Source of the DNA: Octopus bimaculoides | Lineage: Eukaryota | Assembly: GCF_001194135.2 (NCBI RefSeq) | Contig: NC_068988.1 | Coordinates: forward strand, 97,501,241-97,565,240 | Direction of reading: 5' to 3' | Length of the DNA: 64,000 nt | Part shown: positions 23,788 through 37,260 of the stretch, piece by piece | Layout: each line of letters starts with the position of its first letter | Numbering within the stretch: the stretch's first letter is position 1 | The notes under the pieces: model-generated | The model's database searches: none | Told to the model about the DNA's origin: nothing | The model's input: the letters and a program-made list of their open reading frames with translations, nothing else | Program-made: the position numbers and the translations under genes

Positions 23788-24808
23788 ATAATCTTTTCTA
23801 TTATCTATCACGTATTACGATGGAGGATCGCCATATAAATGCGTAATATTCCACAACGCGGAATAATTCGTGAAGGAAATTAATGTCAGTTAACATTCGC
23901 TCAAATATTTCGTGCCAGGTCGATCCCGTCCCATGGTAACTTCAGTCAGTTTCCTGTTTACCTATTAATGCTCCCGGTGTTAAATACACTGAGAGGAAAC
24001 ATAGATGAAATATTTACCAGTGTCTATGACCACAATATGTACTGTTGATAACTAAGATTTTTTCACTGGCTCACTCATAAACATAACATGCTTTAAACGT
24101 GATGCCAAGTGTAGAGTGTTGTTGTTGTTATAATTGCTGGCTAATTGCTGCTAGTGGTGGTGGTGGTGGTAGTGCTTGTGTTGTGCCTATTGTTGCTGTT
24201 GTTATTGTTGTGGGTGGTGTTGTTGGTAGTGGTGTGGATGATGTGGTTGGTATTGTTGCTATCGTTATTGTTGTTGTTATAATTATGTATATTTAGAGAT
24301 AAACTATGACTATATATTTGAGATAACTGACGATCGATTACCTTCGATTAGAGATCAACTTGATCATGGCTGCTTCCACAGGGCAGCCATGTCTGAACGG
24401 TTGGCGAATTTGCTTTGCTTATGTATGTTTTTTTTTTTTATTCAATCTCTTTGTGAGGAACACTGGGCATGTGTCTTTTATCCTAAACTCAGGTAATTGA
24501 AATATACTCAAGGATACTTCTGGCACAGCCCATTGGAGAAACGGCTCTTGTCCTCGTCAACAGACTTAATCCGCTGCCAAGGTTAAAGGCCCCTTATTGA
24601 GCAGTGTGAAAATCGGTGATAACACTAAGGCCAATTTTCGACCAGAGGATAATCTCCCGAGTTCCATCTGTTACAAAGGTCAGGGGTCAATGTTTTTCCT
24701 CCTCTCAAATAATAAAAATTAGAAACACTAAAACAACACACACAAACACAATTTGATTTTGTGCCACGGATAGATATTTGCTTACGCAAATGTGTGTGTG
24801 TGCGTGTG

Positions 24809-24851
<43 letters not shown>

Positions 24852-25425
24852 ATATATATATGGTCAATACAAATAAACGGATAAAAAGTGACAAAAGAAA
24901 AGAAAAACAACGAACGTGAGGACGTACACAAGAAATGTATGAGGTTGACGCTCGGTGAAAAGAGAGAGTTAAACGTTTCGAGCATAGCTCTTCGTCGGAA
25001 AGAAGAGAAAAGTCCAATGAAGAAGAAATCGCTAAAGGGCCACGTCTAGTTACATTGCGTACATACATATGTACACATACATTTATATACATATATATTT
25101 ATGCACAAACACACATATATCTTTATATGCATAGACATATGTATAAATATGTTAATATATATGTATACACACTCACACGTGCATACGCATGCATACATGC
25201 ATGCAAGCATACATATATACATGTATTTATACATATTTATGCAAAGATATAAGTATATGCATATACACACATATATAAACACACACAGACGCACACATTC
25301 ATTTATATATTTTCATTGATGTATTTTGGTTGCCATCTTCGGTTCGCTTCGGAGCAACGGAAAAGAAAGCCATATATTAGTGGGTAATAACAATCAATGT
25401 AATCGCATGACACAGATAAATATGT

Positions 25426-25504
25426 ACACAGTTGCTTACTGACGAGCGCGAAGGAGCGAAATCACGAGGTGGAGCGGACAAGGGTGATAGCGGTAATAAT
25501 GTGT
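25426..25504 (+). ncRNA. Hammerhead-like three-way junction (non-canonical helix I)
   Basis: CTGACGA-gcgc-gaag-gagc-GAAA-tcac...gtga-TA; the closing stem overlaps the CUG of the core. Confidence 0.35.
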
Positions 25505-25683
25505 CTTCCTTGATCGTAACCCGGGAGGATGTCATGTGACCTGATCCATAAACACGTCGCCGACAAATAGGGACTTTCATTAAGTGCTTTTTACACACTT
25601 CTTTGTAATTTTATGTGCAGATATATGAAGACTTTGTTTAGCTCATCTTCCATGTTGGTTTATATTCTTTTCTCTCTCACTCC

Positions 25684-25734
<51 letters not shown>

Positions 25735-25851
25735 CTATTTCCGTTGTTTTTGCTCTCGTCTGAACTTTTAGTTCTTTATATCTTTTAACTAATTTTCGTT
25801 TTTATGTCTGTGTCTGAGTATCTATCTATCTACCCATCTATCTATTTCCAT

Positions 25852-25908
<57 letters not shown>

Positions 25909-26003
25909 NNNNNNNNNNNNNNNNNNNNNNNNNNNNNNNNNNNNNNNNNNNNNNNNNNNNNNNNNNNNNNNNNNNNNNNNNNNNNNNNNNNNNNNNNNNN
26001 NNN

Positions 26004-26074
<71 letters not shown>

Positions 26075-26504
26075 GTACGAATGGTTGGCATATGAAAAGA
26101 TGAGCCTAAACTATTTCGTGGACAGCTATATTAGCCACAGCAGTGAAGACTTTACTCTCTTCTCCCTATATCAGAGATACGAATTCCTATCTGACCATAG
26201 AGCTGGCTGCATGTTTGCTTCCATTAAAACGGCCTGAAGAGGCCGAAATGTATTTGGCGTTCTGACCGGCCACAGCTGCAACATATTTTTGTGTCTCTCC
26301 CTCTCTGTGTCTGTCTGCTTGTCTCTCCCTCTCACTCCTCTCATATTTACTGTTTGTGACACAAAGTTCGTAAGAGATGTTATCCCAGGAGAATCACTAC
26401 TCTATCAATAGTGTGTACACATTAAGTATGATACATACATGGTTATTTTAATTGTGTAGTGTCCCAAATTCCGCGTATATTATATATATATATATATACA
26501 TATA

Positions 26505-26645
26505 TAATCTTTATTCAGCATGACGGTCGTTTCGACCCATCCTGAAGCTGTCCCGTAGGTGTAGGATATTGTTCGTCTAGCTGTATTGCATCAATCAATG
26601 CAGGCTGGGTCAGTTCAGGTGCTTGGTGTAGAAAAAGGCATCTCA
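26505..26645 (-). mobile_element. Probable PLE 3' terminus with eroded hammerhead and AATAAA
   Basis: cagc-tt-cagga-tgggtc-GAAA-c-gacc-g-TC-atgctg-aataaa, followed by (TA)n. Confidence 0.4.
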
Positions 26646-26649
26646 CTAA

Positions 26650-26958
26650 GACAGACTGTCCAAATGATTTTGAAGACTGCAGAATAAATGATAATCAGAT
26701 GGGGGTATTGTCCAGCGAATATGGTGGATGGAGCATCGTTTCTCATTCAAATGGCTCCAGCCTTTGGAATGTTATCCTTGCTGTATGCAGCCAAGCATTA
26801 TTCTGATAGAACACCTTTTGGCTTGAAACCAAAGATGGTCGTTTTCCTTGTAGCGCTGTCTTCGGCCGCTCAAGCTGCTCGCAACAGATCTCTTTTGATA
26901 TCGTTTTGGTTTGGGTTTAGAAGCTCAAAGTGGGCTAAATCCCCCAAAACTGCATTAA
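26650..26958 (-). mobile_element. Mariner transposase remnant (catalytic domain), truncated by a gap
   Basis: HFELLNPNQ..ISKEICCEQLERPKTALQGKRPSLV...VFYQNNAWLHTARIT...LHPPYSLD..SDYHLFCSLQNHLD. Confidence 0.85.
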
Positions 26959-27551
26959 NNNNNNNNNNNNNNNNNNNNNNNNNNNNNNNNNNNNNNNNNN
27001 NNNNNNNNNNNNNNNNNNNNNNNNNNNNNNNNNNNNNNNNNNNNNNNNNNNNNNNNNNNNNNNNNNNNNNNNNNNNNNNNNNNNNNNNNNNNNNNNNNNN
27101 NNNNNNNNNNNNNNNNNNNNNNNNNNNNNNNNNNNNNNNNNNNNNNNNNNNNNNNNNNNNNNNNNNNNNNNNNNNNNNNNNNNNNNNNNNNNNNNNNNNN
27201 NNNNNNNNNNNNNNNNNNNNNNNNNNNNNNNNNNNNNNNNNNNNNNNNNNNNNNNNNNNNNNNNNNNNNNNNNNNNNNNNNNNNNNNNNNNNNNNNNNNN
27301 NNNNNNNNNNNNNNNNNNNNNNNNNNNNNNNNNNNNNNNNNNNNNNNNNNNNNNNNNNNNNNNNNNNNNNNNNNNNNNNNNNNNNNNNNNNNNNNNNNNN
27401 NNNNNNNNNNNNNNNNNNNNNNNNNNNNNNNNNNNNNNNNNNNNNNNNNNNNNNNNNNNNNNNNNNNNNNNNNNNNNNNNNNNNNNNNNNNNNNNNNNNN
27501 NNNNNNNNNNNNNNNNNNNNNNNNNNNNNNNNNNNNNNNNNNNNNNNNNNN

Positions 27552-27596
<45 letters not shown>

Positions 27597-29243
27597 TATG
27601 ACTGATTTCCGTTTTGATCTGGGTTAGTTGCCTTCCAAGACAAGAAACTGCAGAAATCTGTAGAAAGTTTTGGAAACGGCAAGCAAAACAGCGCCACTGG
27701 TCTGCCTGAGTTTATAAATTCACCGGGGAAGATAACAGTGCAAATTAGAGGCATTAAGTGAATTACGAACGGTATAACGAACTTACAGGCGTGTGTATAC
27801 ATACATATCTATATACATACATACATACACATATATGCATACACATGCATACTTATGTGTGCATATACATAGTACATATATATATACACACACACATATA
27901 TACATACATACCCACGTACGTATGTGTGAATGTGCATATATATATATGCATATATAGATGTATACACATATATGTATGTATATTTGCATGTCTGAGTGCA
28001 TACATGAGTGTACATACGTGTGTGTGTGTGTGTGTGTGTGAGTGTGTCAGGCTGGCGTCTAGCATTTGCAGCTCTACATGATTTACGGCGAGGTTAATTG
28101 GAAAATGGCGCTTTTCTCCATTTCTAATAACTTTAGGCCAATCAACACAACATAACATACGACGTACAACAACACAACACAGTACAAACAATATAATTCA
28201 ACACTGCATCACATCACTATACAATAAAACATACAACTCACTACCCCGTAGTGAGTTCATCATCGACGTAGAAGCATATTGCGCGCGCACACACACACAC
28301 ACACACTTACATAGAGGAAACTTGTATTAATTACTCTAACCCTTCTTTAGTCGTTCATTATTTTCCCTTCAGTTTGTTCTATTTCTTCTTTTTCATTCTT
28401 TGCTTACTTTGTCATTGTTTTCTTTCTGTATTTATTTCTTTTACGCTTCATTTTTCTTTCTTCTTTTCATTCTTTCTGTATCTTTGGCGCGTTTTCTTTC
28501 CAGATCATTATTTATGTTTATATATGTGTGTATATATGTGTGTATATATATGTGTATATATGTATGTATCTATGTTTGTATGTAAGTATGCTATTATTCA
28601 CTTTTTTATTTCCAGACTTCTTGCCAATGGTGAAGGAGTCGGTTTCGAACCTAGATCCAAGGCGGCTTCATTAGACTTTCAGCAACATCAGCAGCGCAGT
28701 TGTGTATACATGTACCTTTTGCAAGTATTTCGAGTGAAGATCTGTATGTTTTGTTATATGTGTAGTCATACATATAAGAGAATGCCTAGACACGTACCTA
28801 TGTACCTGTATGTCACATATTTTGGCCCTTCCATGGATGGTTCGTATTTTTAATCTTTTAATCAGCTTTCTCCTTTCTAGTTTCGAGAACCCTAATTTCT
28901 TAAGATTGTTGCGGAGCTAACTTTTTACATATCCTAGAGCCCAAATAATTACGGGCATAAATTTAAACTTGTTACCTCGGCGGCGTAACTGTAAATTACT
29001 CAATAATTCCACATAGGTGTTTTCTTTTTGCTGGTTTTTAGCTTTATGACAGCTGTTGGCCAACTGATCTCCGTCCACTACTATGTCTCGTCTATCATCT
29101 TTGCATTTGATTGAGATTTTCACGGGGGCATTTCCCCATTATTCTTTCATATTATTTGTAGTTATGGTCTCTACGACCATACGGTCGGTTCTTATATCTT
29201 CCTCCTAACGGATCTCGTTATAAAGTGTATATATGTATATGTA

Positions 29244-29355
<112 letters not shown>

Positions 29356-31149
29356 AGCAGAGATACCCAGCGTTGCCCGTGTTACATGCAATTGAAAAAT
29401 TAGACTTTTCTGTTATATTTTCTCTAATGAACTGGAATACCTATGATTCTAATTTACTTTTTTGGTCGTCATTCCTGATGAAAATATTTTTAATAAAATT
29501 ATAACGTTTAACAAGAATTTCAATTCAGAGGGAAAAAAAGCAGCGACTATATCACTTCTCAGGTTCTATGTGAATGTCGAAAGGAAGGGAAAATGTTATC
29601 CCTAGACCAAACACCTAATCTAAATACTTGCAAAAGAGTGAATTCCGCTTTGATTTCTTAAAGTAACTTGGAGCTAACGGTTAACATTTTAATTCCCGTC
29701 TTGAAGATATTATCAGGAATCCCGATATTCCTGTCGCTTATTACATGCATTCTATGTTCACTTAATATTAACTTTGATAATCAGATCATTAACATACACA
29801 CAGTGCGAAATAGTTATATATGCGTCCATGCTTTGTAACTCTGGGTTTGTGTATCTAAATATGTATGAATATATTAGCAGTTCATTGATGGTTAAATCGT
29901 TTGAAGTTTCCCTTTTCGAATTAGCAAAAGCGAAGGATCTTGGTTAGCGTTTGCAAGTAATGTAAATGGTATTGTTTATTGATCAGTGATTTACATCGAT
30001 TTCCCTTGACATTTTACTTTGATAATGTAAATCTTGCTCATCCATAATTGTAAAGGGTCGATAACAGAGAATCTAGTTGGTCGCAAGACTGGCTAGAAAC
30101 ATCAGTTCAATCTCACGTATACCCTACTCCCACCATCTTAAAAAGAAAAGAATACTCTGAATAAATGCAGTCGGACGAAAAAAGAATGAGGTGGTTGGGT
30201 GGCGAGAGCTTTCATCATAGTGCTCCTCAGTCGGGGTGACCTACCACTAAACAGCAACAGCAGCAGCAGTGAGGTCAGCGACGTCATTCCCAAGATTTTT
30301 TTGCCCATTTAAAAACACATCAACAATGAACTCCTTCAGCAAACCACTTCAACTTGGTCAAAATCGCGAGAAAATCTTGAAACGAAGCGATTGTACAGCG
30401 ATAACTAAATGTAAATGAAAAACCACCTGACATGGGAGCAATCAGGTTTTCAATATAACAACGTAAAACTTATGTTAATATTTATTGTTTTAGCGAATTT
30501 TGCGACTGTATTCGCGGAAATAAAGATTTCCAAATATTCAATGCCAACGATTTATTATATTTTTTGGGCAATTGCTTTAAAAAAAACTGGTGTTAGTTGC
30601 CTTTTAACAGAATCGCTTTTAAGTGACAATAATTTAAACATTTTTAAAACACTGAGAAAACTGACTGACTGAATTTATGCTTTAGTGAGTTTAGTATGCG
30701 CATAAATGTGTGTGTTAGGGCATGTATACACGCGCGCACATGCATACCACAGTAAACGAGAGAAAGAGAGAAAGAAAGAAAGACAGACAGACGGAGAGAT
30801 AGAAAGAAAGTGAATGTGCGAGATGTGGCTGTGTATGTGTGTATGTCTATTATTTCTGTTGGTGTCTTTAATAACATTTATTTCAATGGAGCCCACGAAT
30901 GCTGCAGAATAGAAAAAAAAAAACCCTACTGGCCTGCTAAGAATATCTATCTATTTATCTGTCTAGCTAACAAAGTGGGATCGCACTTGTGAATAGTCAA
31001 TTTCTTTATTAACCATGAGGTTGAGAAAAAGAGGGGACGATACGAGGACAGACAAAACAAACATTGAGGTCAGGGGATCGAATGAGACGAAACGTATGAA
31101 TAAAGAAACAAAATATATACAATTAAATGAGAATGAGTGATTTAACAAA

Positions 31150-32550
31150 AAATGAAGCGGAGGACGCGGTCGACCCGCACAAACTCACACTGAAGACTTT
31201 GCTTTGTCCTTTTTTTGTTCTCGTTCAGACAAGTTCTTTCATTCGCAACATACTTGCTACAGACTTCCATCTTTTATGAAACACTTTGCAACAGACATTT
31301 CTTCTCCAGCCTTTTTTTTCCGTTTCATACGGAAAACGAAAAAGTCGATTAGCTCGAGACTAGAGATGAACATGCCTGTTGCAATTCCTTTCTCTCTCGT
31401 TTTCCATACGACTTCTTTCGCAACAGCAACTACCGAGAGAAAACAGGCTCGCTCCTCCCTATTGAGGGAAGGCGGCGGAACGATCTTAATTACAGATTCG
31501 CTTGACAGTTGTACTCTTCTCGAATGCGACAGCAGGTGTTCGACATAAGCCCAGAGTTCAGTCACCTTGGGTCGTTGCCCAATCGCGTGCAGAACAGTTT
31601 GGCTGTCCCGCTCGCATCGTGCACAAACCGGCGACGGCGCACACCCATGTCTAAAAAGCTTACCTCTAACCGTTGAAGCTCCTCTGCAACATTGCCTGGC
31701 CAGGGACTTTTGGTAATTATCCATAGGCCCCGGCCCGAATGTTCTTTGGAATAGGTTGGCCAGTTGATCTTCGTCGAAGCCTAGGGTTTCTCCCANNNNN
31801 NNNNNNNNNNNNNNNNNNNNNNNNNNNNNNNNNNNNNNNNNNNNNNNNNNNNNNNNNNNNNNNNNNNNNNNNNNNNNNNNNNNNNNNNNNNNNNNNNNNN
31901 NNNNNNNNNNNNNNNNNNNNNNNNNNNNNNNNNNNNNNNNNNNNNNNNNNTCTTTGGAATAGGTTGGCCAGTTGATCTTCGTCGAAGCCTAGGGTTTCTC
32001 CCAAGACGTCGTTACGCTTGAACTCTACTAACCCTCTATAGAAAAACGAGGTAGTACCCCCCGCCACCGGCGTTGCCCGACTGGGAGAGAAGCACGAGTG
32101 CCTGATGGCACTCTGCATGCCACACGCCCAACCTCGGTCTACACTTGATCCATGGGTCCNNNNNNNNNNCTGCATGCCACACGCCCAACCTCGGTCTACA
32201 CTTGATCCATGGGTCCAGTTCGGTAAACGATGTGAACTGTGGAAATAACAGCTTGACAAACGGAGACCACACCTGCTCACCGCCCAGGTAAAGCCAGAGG
32301 TGCCTAAGCGTCAGCGCATTTTTAGCCACGGCATCCCGAGCCCACCCTTCAGCGGCTTTTGACAGCAGATAGAGCGCCTTACAAGAGGTTTACTGCCCCT
32401 CCACAAAAAAACGAAAGAGTATGCGTTCCAGCTGGTTCAGCCACGAATCGGAGCAAGACACGACGGTCAAGCGGTTGGTGATTACAGAGGCGATAAACAC
32501 TTCTGCAACCTCTGCCCTTCCCTTTCAAGGACAGTCGTCGGCTGGCAGCC
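31150..32550 (-). mobile_element. Tx1-type (L1 clade) LINE, 3' fragment
   Basis: RRLSLKG..EV..ASVI, LERILFRFLWRG..PLVRRSICCQKPLKGGLGMP, KLFRHG..SPVCARCERDSQTVLHA (zf-RVT-like); spans two assembly gaps. Confidence 0.85.
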
Positions 32551-33226
32551 TCTTCTATATAACTGGACTCTAACTATTTATTCATATATTTATTTATCTT
32601 AAATATTACCTATCCATCTTCCGTAATATCATCGTTTTCTTCCGAAACCACAATTTATTTTCTTTTACTTCTTCATCTGTTGTCTTCCTGTTTCTTGTCA
32701 TCCTTCTTCTCCTCCTCCTCCTCCCTTCACTCCTTCTTTCTCTCGTCCTTTCGACAACTTTTCCAGATTTACTTCCATTCTCTCTTTTTGTTTTGTATTC
32801 CCCCGCCATATTTTACACATACACTTTCACCTTCCCCCCCCCTCTCTCTCTCCCATTTCTTCTTGTCCATTTTCTACCCCCCTCTCTGTCTCGCAACCAC
32901 TCGTGTTTTATTTCTCTACCCACAGTCTATATTTCGTTCTCCACAATTTTCGTTTGATCATTATAAATTACCCCATCCCCTGTCACCTTCCTTCTCGTCC
33001 CACCGCGTTCACTTGTCCTCTTCGTTACCCCTAATATTCGTGTATTTAATTAGACTAAATTGTCTCCTATACCCGCAAGGCTTACAGTTAAGGGTTCGAA
33101 TTCTTAAGCCGTCACCATTTCTTTTAATTTCCTCTAATTTATATTTATTTATTTTATATTTCTTGCCCATATTTGATTTATTTTTTCGTTTTTGCGTATT
33201 TATTTCTTATTGCATCTAAGCACGTA

Positions 33227-33283
<57 letters not shown>

Positions 33284-34019
33284 ATATATGTTTATATGTA
33301 TTTATGTATGCATATGTATTTATGAGTATGTATGTACATATATATGTGTGTGCGTGAATATGAACATATATACACTCATACTGCATATGCCCGTATGTAT
33401 GTAAATATGCTTGTATGTACGTTATATGTACATACGTGTGTTTCCATGTATATATGTGCTCGTAGATATATACACACATTCATACACACATACATACATA
33501 CATGTACACATACAGATAAGGTTGCGTAGGTGTGTGTGTGTGTATGTGTGCGTATGTATGTCAGTATGCATGTATATACATGTATGTGTATGTAAACCTT
33601 ATCCTTTTTTGGCTTTAACTGGAACAATAGTTATAAACAATTTAACTTGGCTGCCCACTAGAAAATATGCCTCTACCTTATTCCACAGAAATAGATTTTT
33701 TTTTCTTTGCCTCTTCCTTCCTTCTTTTCAACTTTCGTTTCGTTCTTTTTTGCCTTGGTTCATTCATCTTTCCATTGTCCCCGCCACCACATGAAAAAAA
33801 TATAAACAACCCGAAATTAACCGCATCAACCCACACACTCTAGGATTCTAAAAGGACATTTATCTGACCAAATATATTCTTTCCGGGGGGAAAACCACAA
33901 GAAAGAACAAACAGAAATGTGTATAAAATATACATTGCTTTCTTTTATGAAAAATAATCAAATCAGAGAAATCAACCAGAAATTGTGTAAAATCTTTAGA
34001 TTTCGCATTCACTGGTTCG

Positions 34020-34240
34020 TCTGCATTTTAGTTCTTTTTACTTGCTTCAGTCTGCGACCAAACTGGACAAGAGCCTTGGTGAGTATTGGCCGAAGGAATC
34101 GACTCCAATAACGTTTTGCGTGTGTGCTTAGTCGGTTTCTTTTGCCAGGGACGTAAACATCTTTTTTTTTTACGAGAACGTAAACAAATCAACAACCGGG
34201 TGTCAAGCGGGTACGACATTATTAAAACACAAATGAACAT
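34020..34240 (-). mobile_element. SINE family A, degenerate 3' half
   Basis: gggacgtaaacat...caaccgggtgtcaagcgg; tail tttttacttgcttcagtc. Confidence 0.6.
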
Positions 34241-34597
34241 AAATCTCATAATGCAATGATCTAATGCTGTCCAATCACGACCACTTCGCCTTTACTTTCT
34301 AGATATACTTAGACTTTTCTTTCCATTTATCTTTTATAAGATGACGGTTTGTGATACACAGGAGACTTGGCTGCAATTTCTGGCGGCTCAAGCTACCACA
34401 AACAGGCATCCCATTTGGGGATTTGCTGTAGTTTAGGCTCAAGTGTGACTTGATTTTAGCAAACTAATAATCAAAGGCATTCGAGACAGATTGCGCCGAG
34501 CCACAAAGTATAATAACCTTGTGCTTTCGTAGATTGACTGTCTATCTCATGCTGCAGCCGCTTGAAATCAATAAATGCGCGCGCGCGTATGCATGTA

Positions 34598-34639
<42 letters not shown>

Positions 34640-35851
34640 GATATATACAAGGACACATACTATATTTATGACAGAAATATATGAGACCTATAAAAGTTGG
34701 TGGGTAGAGGGATTTGTCTATTGGGAGGTGGGAAGAGAAAGAAGAATAAATAGGCAAAGAAATATGAGGTGATATTTTGAGGTAATAAAGCGAACAGCAG
34801 TTAATATAACATAATGTCAAAGTATATTTAGCTAAAGTAAATGTGAGGCGACAGTGAAAGCATAATGTAAGTAACTACTGTCAAGCAAATTTTGAAGTAA
34901 TATACTGAGTGTAATAATTATGTGTGTGAGTGTGTGTGTGTGTGTATACGTGTGCAAGAAAAATGGAAAATATAAACGTAAAGTAGATTGGGAAAATGTA
35001 GAAGAGAAAAGATTGAACTAGACATGAAGCCTAGTATATATATAAGCAAGAAAGAGTGAAACATAAGAAAATGTTTACGACGAAAGTACGTAATTAAGGA
35101 AAAGAAAAAAAAATACTTCTAGAATAGTAGCGAACAGCAATTGGCAAGAGTTCCGTTAAGACAATCAAATCGTTAATATTCGCTTACTTCATGTAAAGTA
35201 TTCATCTTCATTTTTCTACGCCCCCCCCCCCAACATCTCAACCGTTTTTATTTTCTTACTTCCCTTTACGAGATTGGCCTTCCCTATTCTTTTCCTTCTT
35301 GGTTACGACATTATACGGTCTGGGATCTAATCCAACCAGGATAGGCATATCTTTGGCATTCTTCTTTACTTCTCTGAACGAACTTGTAGAAACGTTTGAA
35401 CAAATGAAAAATTCACAGGAAGTAATAATTCCGACCATCTGAGCTCTGAGTTCAAACTCTGCCGAGATTGACGTTGCTCTTCATCCCTTCATGATCAATA
35501 AAATAAAATAACAGTCAAAGGTGTCAGATTGTCAAAGATATAAGGATGCTAGGTGCAATGCTTTGTGATATTTGTCCAGGATCCTCGAGTCCTCACTTTC
35601 GGGGCGGTAGACTTATGTTGATCAACTTCACCACCTCCTCTTGGTCTTCTCAGAGCATGCTGCAAGCTTTGAGACCAGGTCTCGGCTTTGAGAACAACTT
35701 ATAACATTCCATCCAACAATCTCAGAGTCTGTAAAAAAAGAAACATCACGACCGTTGGTCCTCCCTCCCAATAAAAAAGGTGAGAAGAAAGTGCTAGTTA
35801 AACAGGATGAAGGAGACTCGTTCCATAGAAAAATGCACCTTAACAATAATT

Positions 35852-36095
35852 GTGGAGACGCGTGATTTACAGGTTAACGTGTTGCAGACATGAATGAGCG
35901 TAAGATTGTGGCTTCGATTCCTAGACTGGGAGATATGTGTTTTTCAGCAAAACATTTCATTCCCTGTTGCTTCAGTCGACTTAACTGGAAAAAAATGAGT
36001 AAATCTGCGACGGACTGACGTCTCCCCCAGGGGTGAAGTACATACGCCACTGACTCCGGGAAACTGGCCTTATGAGTCAATGGTTCAGGAACGAC
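35852..36095 (+). mobile_element. SINE family D
   Basis: ggcttcgattccta (box B), cagcaaaacatttc, ctgcgacggactgacgtctcccccagggg...ccgggaaactggccttatgag. Confidence 0.7.
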
Positions 36096-36589
36096 CATTG
36101 ATATTTTTTTTCTCTCAACAGTAATTAGCTAATTAGGAAGACTATAGTTGTTACTTATTAACTAGCAGTTAAACCAGGTTTAAATCACAGCATCAGATAA
36201 TGAAGTCCTAGATGACCATCAAGAAGGAATGATTTGGAATGTAAAGCTTTTGATCATAGGCGTGCTTGATCAGTGATGACCGGAGACTAAACAATGAAAA
36301 TAATAACACGTGTCGTCTTGTGTCCAATTTAGAAATCATTCTTATAGCGAAATTAAGAATTGTGGATTATCAAAAGCGAAATAAAGAATTGTGGATCATC
36401 AGAAGCGTTCGGATTGGACAAAACGACATACGGTATTCGTTCCGTCTCTACGTTTTCATTTCAAATCTCACTGAAGTTAATTTCGCACTTCATTCAGGGT
36501 TAAAATATGAAATACTGGAGTCAATGGTATCGACTAAACCTTCTCCCCGTCCCTTGGACCTAGATTAGAATCAATTATCATCACTGTTA

Positions 36590-36790
36590 AGGTGGCAAGC
36601 TGCCAAAATTGTTACAGCATCAGACAGAATGATGGTCAGCATTTCTTGCGGATCTTTATGTTTCAAGTTCATTCTCACCGGGTTTGCCTTTCATTTCAGC
36701 AGAGGTCGATGAAATAAAGTACCAGCAAGGTATTGTAGTTGATATGATTGACAATTCCTCTCTTTCCAAATTCCTGGCCTTGTGCCCACG
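36590..36790 (+). mobile_element. SINE family B, degenerate (another fragment at 36450-36545)
   Basis: ggtggcaagctgccaaaattgtta...gcctttcat...ggtcgatgaaataaagtaccag. Confidence 0.65.
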
Positions 36791-37029
36791 CAAAAAATCC
36801 TAACAAGTATTCTTATAATATTGGAAGCGAAAACTGCTAAGCAAGAAAACATTTCCCAGACAAGATCGGATCGAGGTCAAACCGATGCCCGAAACACAGC
36901 GCAGCGATGGTACTCTTTCAACCTTATCATTGTTTTAATGGCAAGAAATTAGGACATAATAAATATTGACCGTAAATGGAGAGATTAAAAGATCAATTCT
37001 CATCTAATTACAAACCTTACAAATATATT

Positions 37030-37260
37030 TTGTACTTTTATCTTTTACTTACTTCAGCCATTGGGCTGCTGCCATGCTGGGGCATCTCTTTCAATTGTTT
37101 AACCGAAAAAAATAGACCCCAGTACCTATGTTTTTTTTTAAAGCCTGGTGCTCATTCCATTGGTCTCTTTGGCCGGAAGGTTAAATTACCAGAACGTAAA
37201 CAAACCAACATCGGTTGTCAAGCTGTTGTTAGGGTACAAACACTAGCACAAAGACAAACG
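37030..37260 (-). mobile_element. SINE family A, 3' half
   Basis: Tail hairpin cagcc-caat-ggctg; ccattggtctcttt, acgtaaac, catcggttgtcaagc. Confidence 0.8.

Noticed and set aside
24365-24391. 9-bp hairpin catggctgc/gcagccatg
   Set aside because: Isolated, with no Helitron CTRR end or repeat context.
30190-30235. Minus-strand CTGAGGA...GAAAGCTCTC
   Set aside because: Neither helix I nor helix II pairs; it lies within another common repeat.
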